Assembly (NCBI RefSeq): GCF_036971445.1 | Contig: NC_091479.1 | Location: 7,254,001-7,318,000 of the forward strand | Source: Narcine bancroftii | Taxonomy: Eukaryota | DNA length: 64,000 nucleotides | Reading direction: 5' to 3' | Shown: in pieces, positions 11,901-22,700 of the stretch | How the letters are laid out: each line of letters begins with the position of its first letter | Position numbering within the stretch: the first letter of the stretch is position 1 | The notes under the pieces: generated by a model | The model's input: the letters and a program-made list of their open reading frames with translations, nothing else | What the model was told of the DNA's origin: nothing | Database searches by the model: none | Program-made: the position numbers and the translations under genes

Positions 11901-13732
11901 AGTTAAATTCCGTACGCCCACCTTCCCTACTGACATTGTACAGACAATATTGTTGATGTCGTCCTCTGGTTTCACACAGCCTTTCATTACAGCTCCCTCC
12001 AGCCTCAATAGGTTCTGATGACTTGTCTCCCTGATCTGTCCTGTTCCATCGTGGGCAGCTGTGCCTTTAGACGTCTTGGTTCCCGTACGAGTGCTCCTCT
12101 CTGTAAAATGGAGTGATTTGGAAGAGCTTTGGACCATCAGGGTGCAGAGGAGATTTACTAGGATGTTGTCTGGATGAGGTTAGCAGAGCGAGGACGTTTT
12201 GGAGCCAAGAAGGATGAGAGATGACTTCTGGGATAGATTTTTTTCACACAGAAAGTTGTGGGTGCCTAACTCCCTTGCCAGGGATGGTGGTGGAGGCTGG
12301 AACATTTAGGGGCATTTAAAAGACTCTGAGGCACATGGATGAAAGAAAAATAGAGGGTTAAATTTATTCTTAAGTTAAAGCTACTGTATAAATGTGAAGC
12401 TCAACACTTGGAATATTAATTTAGTATTCACCCACTCTCTTGCTAAAATGTTTGCCTACTGAATGCTAAAGGTTTCCTGGACCGTTGAGATTTCCACAGC
12501 GGGTAATGCCCCTGCCATGATTGTTAAAATTATCCCTTCAATCTTCCCGTTGCAGACCAAAGAGGATGGCATGGAAACCTCCTGCTTGGGTATGGGTGTG
12601 GTTTTCATGAGCTTGCATTTAGGAGATCCAAAGATGCAATTTTTAGATGTATTGAAGAACAAAATTTGTGCTTGAGTAAGGCAAGTGATTTTGAGGACTC
12701 AAGTCTGCCTTTAATAAAGATAGATATACAGTTCCACAGCATGAATACACTGCGGCTCAGCTGTCCATGCCAGTCAAGCTTGTTCCATTTGCCTGTGTCC
12801 GGTCCTATCCCTCAACCTTTCCCATCTGCCAACGTGTCCAAATATCTTTTAAATATTGAAGGAGTAAAACATGAAAGTCGGCAGACACTGTGATTGAAGT
12901 AAAAACACGATAGACAATAGGAGCTGGAGTAGGCCCTTCGGCCCGTCGAGCCAGCACCGCCATTTTACAGATCATGGCTGATTACTACCATCAGTACCCC
13001 TTTACAGCCTTATCCCCATAACCCTTAACTCCTTTGCCCACTAGAGTCTTATCTAACTCTCTTTTGTTGAAGGAACTCCGCAGGTCAGTGCATAACCAAC
13101 ATTTCAGGCCTGAGCCCTTCATTGAGGTACGGAAAAATCTACTCAGGCGCCTGAGCTGAGGAACTCATGCTTCTCAGTGCAGTTGCTCACCCACTCCTCC
13201 CCCCCCCCCGTGATCTGTCGTACCTTGATGAAGGACTCAAGTGTGAAATGTTTGTCATGTGTTCTGTTCAACCTCCTGAGTTTCTCCAGCCTTCCTTCTT
13301 CGTTAGCTCATTCTATATACCCACCTCATTCTGTGTGAAAAAGGGGCCCCCTCTGGTTCCCTTGAATGTTACTTTAGGGGTGCACTGTTGAGCTGAGGAC
13401 CTGAATATGGCCTCTCGAGGATGCTGAGATTCCTTGCAAGGCCAAAGCCAAGTGGTGGCTTGGCAGCACTCCCAGACTGGTTCTGGATCGCATTGCTGGC
13501 TGAGGAACATTGCAGCTGCCGAGATCACCACTACCCGGTATTCAGCAGTGCTCCTTAGAGTATTGATTTGAACAGTGTTATTCTGAAGTAATGAAGCACA
13601 AGACAAAGTTGGAATTTCTTGCCATTTTTCTCACAGATGAACGAGATGGAAATCTCTCGGACTGCAGCTGAGCGTAGCTTGCGGGAGCATCTGGGAAATG
13701 TTGTGGAGGCCTTGATTGCTCTCACGGACTGA
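8751..13732 (+). CDS. HYPK: Huntingtin-interacting protein K (NatA-associated), complete, 118 aa; join(8751..8903,10277..10332,10900..10951,13637..13732)
   Basis: MAEADGDLDLENDEAERPAEKPRKHDSGAADLERVTDYAEEKEILSSDLETAMSVIGDRRSREQKAKQEREKELAKVIIKKEDVELIMNEMEISRTAAERSLREHLGNVVEALIALTD*; GT-AG introns, phases 0,2,0. Confidence 0.97.
9000..9540. repeat. C-rich low-complexity tract / minisatellite (cccccatagccccc-type units) in HYPK intron 1
   Basis: Repeated catagccccc units at 9118-9310 within a pyrimidine-rich tract. Confidence 0.85.
10277..10332 (+). CDS. HYPK: HYPK exon 2
   Basis: gccag|GCAATG ... GAAAG|gttgga; AMSVIGDRRSREQKAKQE. Confidence 0.94.
10900..10951 (+). CDS. HYPK: HYPK exon 3
   Basis: tgcag|GGAGAAG ... 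CTCATA|gtaagt; EKELAKVIIKKEDVELI. Confidence 0.94.
11305..11475 (-). mobile_element. V-SINE (HE1-like) copy
   Basis: Same motifs as 4910-5415 (ggtaacgggccatttcagccc...gaaaacccac...agatttgaac). Confidence 0.6.
12862..13292. mobile_element. Palindromic short repeat with a nested CR1 3' end (12910-13065)
   Basis: Arms gaaggaactccgcagg..gagcccttcattgaggtacg and cgtaccttgatgaaggactc..cctcctgagtttctccagc are mutually reverse-complementary. Confidence 0.55.
13637..13732 (+). CDS. HYPK: HYPK exon 4 (UBA-like C-terminus)
   Basis: cacag|ATGAAC ... GAC TGA; MNEMEISRTAAERSLREHLGNVVEALIALTD*. Confidence 0.94.
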   Translation: MNEMEISRTAAERSLREHLGNVVEALIALTD

Positions 13733-13974
13733 GGTCACGAGTGTCGTCTGCAACACCTTGGACAAGTTCGGGAGCGTGCGTGGGGATTGAACAGACTGGG
13801 GTACAATGTGAGTGAACGGGGTGGGACCTCGGAACAGGTCCATCAGTTTTAACATGAGAAGACTGGGAGGGCCCCAGTCAGGTGGTGCTTGGTACAGGTC
13901 GACCCAGTGCTGAATCCTGAAGATGGACATCAACTTCCACATGGAAAAGATTAAAAACACTCAAAACTTGAACC

Positions 13975-13980
13975 AATAAA
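13975..13980 (+). terminator. Polyadenylation signal of HYPK (AATAAA; ATTAAA also at 13950)
   Basis: ~240 nt after the stop, followed by GU/U-rich ttgctgttttggtcttt. Confidence 0.7.
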
Positions 13981-15269
13981 TTACAAATCACTTTGAGGCA
14001 TGACTTGCTGTTTTGGTCTTTCACTGTAGGCCCTTTGAAATTGCCATGTAAAGTGGGGTTATCCAAGCAATTTGCTCAGTTGATGATCTAGGTACATGGC
14101 TATTTGAAAGGGTCCAACTGGGTCCCAGACATACCTTGTCCTCTGGTGAATTGAAAGGGGAAATGACAGACCTGGTTACTCAGGTGATGTCAATGCTTGT
14201 TCACTTGTGACACATGGAAACCCCTGGCTGGCTCAAGGATGCTATCACGGACGTGGAGCTGCCGCAATCAGTGGGGGGGTGGTGCTGCCATGACGTGCTG
14301 CTCCAGTTTGCAGCGACGGTTCAATGTGGGAGCAATGGCTGTCTTCCTTACTGCTGGAACCAGCAGCATGGGGGATTATGGATAATAAAGACGACCATTG
14401 GTTCCACATTGCATGTCGAGCCGTCGCCACAAACCAGAGTGGCACTTCACAGGAGCCGGGGTGGGGGGGAGGGGTGTTTAGGATAACTTTAAACAGGGAT
14501 TCCCAGTGGGGCTGCCTGTCACTGTGTGACGTGTCACTCATCATGTCATCACAGGGGTGGGATCTCCCCTTGAATTGCCAGGTGAGTGATTTGAGAGGTC
14601 GGTTAGGCTGCTATTTGAAAGGCTCACCCTGCCCACATGACCCAGGTCCAAGGAGTGCTGCAATTTGAAAGTGTCTGCTGTGGAGAAATGGTTCTGAGTT
14701 GACATTGTGGGGAACGGCTCCTCCCCCTCCACCATCAGACAACAACAAACTTAATCAGGGACTCACTTTATTGATATTTTTCTTCTCTATTGCACAGTCT
14801 GTTTCCATCTATTTATTTGCATATACAGTATACGTTGAATACAGTTTTTTTGCATTGCCAATAAGTGGTCATTCTGCCTTGTCCACAGGAACAAGAATCT
14901 CAGGGTTGTGTATGATGTCATGTATTTATTCTGACAATAAACCTCAGCACTGTGCTTGAATTGCACATAGCATCTGATGCACTAGTGCCTTGCATGAGGA
15001 CGAATGAAGGCAACAGACCTCTGCAAGTTCCCCTCCAAATCACCCACCACCCTGGCTTAGAAATTCATTGCTGCTCCTTCAACATCACTCAGTCCAAAGC
15101 TTGGAGCTTCTTTTCACGACAGTGCAACAAATTTGTCTTCACCAGAGGAACAGCAGAGGTTCAAGAAGGTTTTCTCAGCTAGCGCTAACAACAGCTCAAG
15201 GGCGAAAAGTATCAGTCCTGGCAGTGACTAACATTCAGTAATGTTTTCAAACTGCTGGCCTGCTATTCT

Positions 15270-16270
15270 GGTCGTTAGAATCACAATCTATTGTCATGAA
15301 CAGGTCATGAAGTTCGGTGTTTTGTGCCAGCACCATGGTGAAAACATTGATATAAACCACCTAACAACAATCAAAAATAGTGCACGAAAAAGGCAAAGTG
15401 GTTCATTGATCATTCAGGAATCTGGTGGCGGAGGGGAAGAAGCTGTCCTTGTGCGGCTAAGTGCTTGTCTTTAGGCTCCTGGACCTTTTTCCCTGATGGT
15501 AGCAGAGTGGAGTGCCTGGCCTGGGTGGTGGGGGTCTTTGAGGATAGAGGCTGCTTTCTTAAGACACCACATCTTGTAGATGATGGAGTAAAGTCTGGTG
15601 CCCGTGATGCGTGATGTCACAGGCCGAGTTAACAACCCTCTAGAGTTTATTGGCCTGAGAGTTGGCACCAGCCAGGATGCTCTCCACGGTACACCTGTAG
15701 AAGTTTTTGAGTCTTCAGTCACATTCTCAATAATCTCAGACTCTTCACAAAGTATAGCTGCTGGCAAGTCTTCTTCATGGTTACATTAATGTGGAGGCTT
15801 CAGGTCAAATCCTAGGAGATATTGACACCCTCTCCACTGCTGAGGACTGGCTCATCTTCTCCTGAGTTCCTCCTGAAGTCCACAATCATCTTGGTTTTGC
15901 TAATTTTGAAGTGTGACACTACTCAATGAGCTGATCTTTCTCCCTCCTGAACACTTCCTTGTTGGTGTTTGCGATTCTGCCAACAACTGTCATTGGTAGC
16001 TTTGTAAATAGCACTGGAATTGTGCCTGACTACACAGTCATGGGTGTAGAGTGAATGGAGCAGAGGGGAACACCTGTGTGTATTGTCAGTGAGGAGAAGA
16101 CATTGCTTCCTGATGAGGAAATCAAGGATCCAGTTGCTTTGGGCCTTCTTAACCAGCACTGAGGGAATCGTGTTGAAGGCTGGGCTGTAGTCAACGAAGA
16201 GCAGCCGAATGTATGAGTTGCTGTTTTCTGGATGATCCAGGATTGAGTGGAGAGCAATGATATGCATCTG
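15270..16270 (-). mobile_element. Rex1/Babar-type LINE, decayed
   Basis: IALHSILDHPENSNSYIRLLFVDYSPAFNTIP...PLLHSLYTHDC; CLKKAASILKDPHHPG. Confidence 0.8.
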
Positions 16271-16752
16271 CTGTGGAGTCAGTGAGAGGTTTAATTCTGA
16301 TGTGTGATGAACAACAACAGCTTCTCACAGGCTTGGCAGGTCTCGTACTTGTTTCCAGGCTTTGGGGCGGACAAAGCAGATGGATTTCAGGTACATCTCC
16401 GCCCTGTGTCAGGGCAGTGGCTGAGGGTTTAGTGTTCAGTGCACTGTCTATTTTCATCCATTAAGACGATTTAAGGAGGGATTTGTGGATAATCGCTGTA
16501 TTAATGCTGGTTTGACATTCCAGCGGAAAGATCAGTCTGCAGGCATCACACAAAACAGGCAAGACTGTCTCATGGAGAGTTGGGTACTCCTGCTGCATTC
16601 AAGACAAGACCGAGTGATTCCTGCTGTTGGCCCCTCTCTGAAGCATGGTGTTGGGAATCCCGAGGCTGTGTGACCCAAGACAAGGGAACCAAGGACTTGC
16701 CCAGGCTGCATTGGACCTGTGGGTGCCGTGACGCCATTACGGCAGTGGAGCT

Positions 16753-16779
16753 ATGTGTGAGCGCAGTTTCCGAGCCCAG
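16753..16779 (+). CDS. SERINC4: SERINC4 proposed first coding exon (MCERSFRAQ)
   Basis: gagctATG...CCCAG|gtacga, phase 0 matching exon 2; in-frame TGA upstream; 9 codons ending in Q. Confidence 0.55.
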
Positions 16780-19700
16780 GTACGAATGTTAGGCTAAAGG
16801 AAGTGAATCACGAATGTGAGAATAAGAGGGAAGGGCAGGTGAGAGGAGAAGCCGAGCCTCGGTAGAGGAGGATTGGAGTAAGATATGAGCAGGTGAACGA
16901 ACAGCATCCTGCAGTGCAACTGTAATCCCACAGCTTCAGTGGCATCCCACTGTGAAATGTGGAAAGGGTTGAAATTCTGTCAGAGATCTTCAGATTCACT
17001 CAAGGAATTTTTAGCCTACAAACCAGACCAGAGCCAGGGGTGGCAGAAGGTCCCAGGTCCCACCAACATCACTTAATCTCTTGGGACCCCAGGCACCAGA
17101 CCTTGATATTTAAACACCTTTTGTAAGCAGTCAGCACCTTCAGGAACGGTGCTCCGGGGTGGTTCACCCCCTCAGGGCCGGTACCCCTGGGAGAGTCACC
17201 CCTTCAGGGACAGTACCCCGGGGAGGGTCACCCCCTCAGGGTCGGTACCCCCGGAAGGGTCACCCCCTCAGGGATGGTGCCCAGGGAGGGTCACCTCCTC
17301 AGGATCGTTACCCCCAGGAGTGTTACCTCCTCAGGGTTGATACCCAGGCAGACTTCCCCCTTCAGGGACGGTACACCGGGGAGGGTATCCTCCTCAGGGT
17401 CTATACCCGGGCGAGAGTTCCCCCTTCAGGGACGGTACCCAGGGGAGGGTCACCCCCTCAAGGTCTGTACCCCGGGTAGTCATCCCCTCAGGGACTGTAC
17501 CCAGGGGAGGGTCACCCCTTCATGGACAATCCAAGGGAGAATCTGATCTCTTCAGGGGGAGAGAAAATAAGTGATGGAGTTTGAAGGCTGTCACAATCCT
17601 CGTTTAGTAACTGGAGTGGAATTACATTAATCCAGATAAATCGCTGCCCTCCGGGTGCCTTATGCCCGATAAATTTACCCACTTTCTGTGGGGGGGAGGG
17701 GTTGGAGGTGTGAAAGGGGCTGACTGGAAGGACAGAGCCAGTTCCTCTTGGGTATTGCTGTTGGATTTCCCAGGCCTTCAGTCCTGGAGCCCGAAGGTTT
17801 GGTATGGAGTTACAGTTCATGTTCAACCTGACCTGTGCCCTGGGTGTGTGATGGGGCAGTGCAGAGGGAGTTTCCTCTGGATCTCCCCTGTGCCCTGGAA
17901 ACGTGTCGGGATGGCGCATGTGTTAGGATGGACGGGACACTGGGAAGCCCGGGCTGCCTCTCGTTGGATCAGCAGGTGGGGGTGGGGGGGGGGGGGTGCT
18001 GTCTTGTGAAGACTGTGGCTGACTTCCAGTTACCACGGCTCCATCAGCTGCCTTGCCTTCTCTTCCCCGGCCAGATCTGCTGCTGCTGTGGCCCGGCACC
18101 TTGCTCCCTCTGCTGCTCGTTCCTCCCAGGGATTAAAGTGTCGTCCGGGACCCGGCTGATGTACACGTTCTATCACATCGTCAGCTCCACCGGCTGCTGC
18201 CTGCTGATGTCCCGAACTGTCGCAGAATCAGTGCGGGAGAGAGTGAGTACTCCCACTGACCATTCCCCTGGTCAACCAGCTTCACTCCCTGACTCCTTCC
18301 TGTTAGTCCAGAACCAACCCCTCCAGGATCTAGGTGCTATGCAATGGTAGGCTGTTACGGTGGTTTAAGCCAAGTCAAGTTCATGGCCATCTGATTGTCG
18401 GGTTGTACTTGTACAGTGTTCTCTGGTCCTCGATGCAAAACACGCAGACACACACCCAGGCATAACACACACAGAGACGAACAATACTCATGCAGGACAA
18501 GTATTTAAATAAATATTGCTTCGTGAATATGAGAGTCTCGGAGGGTCAGTGTGAGCAGATCCTTGGGTCGTTCAGCATCTCACTGCCCTGGGAAGAAGCT
18601 GTTCCTCAGCCTGGTGGTGCTGGCTCGGATCCTCCTGGATCTCTTCCCCGACGGGAGCAGGAGAAAGATGCTGTGTGCAAGGTGGAAGGGGGTCCTCCAT
18701 GATTTTGCTCGCCCTCTTCAGACAACGATCCCAGTGGAGGTTGGGGTGGGGGAGGAGGAGAGACCCCAGTGGTCCTCTCTGCCACTCTAATGGTCCCGTG
18801 GATTGACCTCTGATCCATTTCCCTGCAGGAGCCCCGTCCCGCACTGGGATGCAGCCGGCCAGGACGCTCTCGGTAGCGCTCCTGTAGAAGGTTGTGGCCG
18901 GTCGCCTGGCCCACTTCAGTCTCCTCAGGAGGTGCAGTCGCTGTTGTGCCTTCCTGACAAGTGAGGAGATGTTGAGTGTCCACGGTAGGTCAGTAGTTAA
19001 GCGAACTCCAAGGAACTTGGTGTCTCTCCACACTTCACTGCAGAGTTATTGTCGAGTTGGCAAGCCCCTGGCTCACGCAGGTTCGGAATGGGCCACTCCT
19101 GCTTCCTGTTGCTCCTGGCCCATCCCCATGTGAAGGAACCTGATTGCTGCCTGGAGTGGCCTGGGGCCAGTCCTCCTCTTCCCCGGAGTCTGCCGATCCT
19201 AGGCGCCACCCTTAAAGCCTTGGCGGAGTCGTTGGGCTGGGCGGTTGGACCCGGCGGGGCTGTGCTGCATCTCCGCTCAGGGCTCCCCATGGGTCCACAC
19301 CAGCGGCCACGCTGACGTGCCAGTGTGAGGACAGACTTTCCCGACCGTGTGCTTTGCTTCCTGTGGTTTAGGTGCCTTTCTTTGGAATCTTGTGCGAGCA
19401 CTTGCAGCCGGGGTCAGACTGTGACAAGGTGATTGGATATTCAGCGGTGTACAGGGTGTGTTTTGGGACGGCCTGTTTCTACCTGCTCCTCTGTGTGATC
19501 CTGGTCAACGTGAAGTCCAGTCGCGATTTCAGGGCTCTGATTCACAATGGGTAATGAGCTCAACATGTCGCTCTGTGCTGCCTTATCCCAGTCCATCCCA
19601 CACCTGCACCGATTCTCCCTGTGTTTCACAGTGTTTCTCTGGCCCTGTCCCAGTGCCCGCGTTGCTCTGTCCCAGGGGGTCACTGTGTCTGCGTTGCTCG

Positions 19701-22700
19701 ATCCCACGTCTGGCATTGCCCTGTCCCAGTGCCCGTGTTGCTCTGTTCCAGGGGGTCACTGTGTCTGCGTTGCTCGATCCACCGTCTTGCATTGCCCTGT
19801 CCCAGTGCCCGTGTTGCTCTGTCCCAGTGGGTTCCAGTGTCAACGTTGCTCGATCTCACGTCTTGCTTTGCCCTGTCCCAGTGCCCGCGTTGCTCTGTCC
19901 CAGGGGGTCACTGTGTCTGAGTTGCTCGATCTCACGTCTTGCATTGCCCTGTCCCAGTGCCCACGTTGCTCTGTTCCAGGGGGTCACTGTGTCTGCGTTG
20001 CTCGATCCCACGTCTGGCATTGCCCTGTCCCAGTGCCCGTGTTGCTCTGTTCCAGGGGGTCACTGTGTCTGCGTTGCTCGATCCCACGTCTTGCATTGCC
20101 CTGTCCCAGTGCCCGTGTTGCTCTGTTCCAGGGGGTCACTGTGTCTGCGTTGCTCGATCCCACGTCTTGCATTGCCCTGTCCCAGTGCCCGTGTTGCTCT
20201 GTTCCAGGGGGTCACTGTGTCTGCGTTGCTCGATCTCACGTCTTGCATTGCCCTGTCCCAGTGCCCGTGTTGCTCTGTTCCAGGGGGTCACTGTGTCTGC
20301 GTTGCTCGATCCCACGTCTGGCATTGCCCTGTCCCAGTGCCCGTGTTGCTCTGTCCCAGTGGGTCCCAGTGTCCGTGCTGCTCTCTATCTTTTTGACTCC
20401 GCAGGTTTTGGTTTCTGAAGTTCCTGATCCTTGTCGGCATTTCTGCAGCTGCCTTTTTTATTCCAGATGAATCATTTCTCCATGGTGAGCAAAACTGATT
20501 CCCTCTCCTCCTCCAAAGGTGACCCTTCCTGTTGGGGACAGAGATATTGCTCCAGCACTCATGGGAATGGTCTCTAACTATAGACCCTGGCTCGGAATCT
20601 CATGTCCCCCGTGTTCTAGTGAGGTATCAGGGAGGGGACAAGGAGCAGGAATTGTGCCCACAAAGAATGAGTTAACCTGCCGTTTAGTGGGAGAGTGGAG
20701 GGAGAAGTAAGGCCCACTTACTGTGAAAACAACTGAGATCACATGACTGAATAAAACGTTCCCATTTCTTTCTTCATCTACCCCCAACCCCCTCTTGCAC
20801 TTGTATGTTATACCTTGTGCCATGTGGATCGGTGTCCGTGTGGACCTGTCACCGCGTGGATCTGTGGCCGTGCCCGGTGTGCCCGTGTGGACCTGTGCCC
20901 GTGTGGACCTGTGCCCGTGTGGACCTGTGCCCGTGTGGACCTGTGCCCGTGTGGACCTGTGCCCGTGTGGACCTGTGCCCGTGTGGACCTGTGCCCGTGT
21001 GGACCTGTGCCCGTGTGGACCTGTGCCCGTGTGGACCTGTGCCCGTGTGGACCTGTGCCCGTGTGGACCTGTGCCCGTGTGGACCTGTGCCCGTGTGGAC
21101 CTGTGCCCGTGTGGACCTGTGCCCGTGTGGACCTGTGGCTGTGTGGACCCGTCACCACGTGGATCTGTGGCCATGCCCGGTGCCACCGCGTGGATCTGTG
21201 GCCGTGTGGACCTGTCACCGCGTGGATCTGTGGCTGTGCCCGGTGTCACCGCGTGGATCTGTGGCCGTGGCCGGTGTCACCGCGCGGATCTGTGGCCATG
21301 CCCGATGTCACTGCATGGATCTGTTGCCGTGTGGACCTGTCACCGCGTGGATCTGTGTCCGTGCCCGGTGTCACCACGTGGATCTGTGCCCGTGTGGACC
21401 TGTCACCGCGTGGATCTGTGGATGTGCCCGGTGCCACCGCGTGGATCTGTGGCCGTGCCCGGTGTCACTTCGTGGATCTGTGGCCATGTCTGGTGTCACC
21501 GCATGGATCTGTGGCTGTGCCCGTGCCCTTTGTTGGCCGGGCAATGCAGTTTGGCGATACGTTGGCCTGACTGGCGCACTGCTGTTCATCCTCATGCAGC
21601 TCTCCCTCATCACCGTCTTTGCCCACTTCTGGAACAAGAACTGGTGAGTTCCCTGCACTGGACGTCTGACTGTTCCCCTCCCCGTGACAAGTCCACAGAG
21701 GCCAGCAGGATCCTGCACCCCCGGTCTGACTCGGCGGCTGAGTGCTCGCACTCACCAACAACAACCCCCGTTTACGGAGCCCCTTTCATGTGATGAGGGC
21801 TCGAGGAGCAAGGAGGAGGTTAGTGACCAGAACTTTGGTCAGTGGGACAGTCGGCCCATGTTGTCCACGACAACCAAGCTGGTCCCTATCCCCCTCAACC
21901 TTTCTTATCCATGTACCTGAGGGAGTGAAAGACGAATGTCCGCTGTAAACGCACAGTTGATGCTGGAGAAACTCAGCCGGTCTCTGCACCGTTCTGACCT
22001 CGTTCCTCTATGTCTTGCAGCAGAGAACCACCTCCTTTCACCCACTTGCTTGCTTCCTTCTCAAGCCTTCTGTACGTCTCTCCAAATGACCCGAACATTG
22101 GAACTGCCCCCCCCTCCCCCTTCTCTGCTTTTACCTGGGGAAAATGAGATTCAGGGATGATGGTTCCAGGGAAGCTGCAGACACATCGCTCAGAATTGAG
22201 CAGCAGGCTGGAGTGGGGCGTCTGGCGTCTTCTCCACGACCCATTCGCTTGTGATGCTCGGTGATAAGAACTAGGAGCAGGAGTCAGCCGTTCAGCCCGT
22301 CGAGCCTGCTCCACCATTCAATGAGATCACAGCTGATCCGATGATTGGCTCATCTCCACCCACCTGCCTTTTCCCATATCCCTTAATTCCCCTACTATGT
22401 AAAAATCTATCCAACCTTGTCTTAAATATATCTGCTGAGGTCACCTCCATTGCTTCAGTGGGCAGCGAATTCCACAGATTTCCCACCCTCTGGCAAAGCA
22501 GTTCCTCCTCATCTCTGACTTAAATCTACTCCCCTGGATCTTGAGGCAATGTCCCCTAGTTCTGGGCTCCCCCAGCAATGGGAACAACTTACCCACCTCT
22601 ATCTGATCTATGCCTTTTATAATTTTATACGTTTCTATAAGATCCCCTCTCATTATTCCAAAATCTGCTACCCTGCATCTCCCCCTTGGACTGTGTGATG

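Noticed and set aside
14100-14700. Non-repetitive stretch with tgacgt motifs as a possible enhancer or exon
   Set aside because: No coding similarity or splice consistency; short motifs alone are not sufficient evidence
19458-21793. Long Cys/Pro/Val-rich ORFs (up to 332 aa) resembling keratin-associated or metallothionein-like proteins
   Set aside because: They are translations of the 76-bp and 16-bp minisatellites, open in several frames on both strands inside SERINC4 introns
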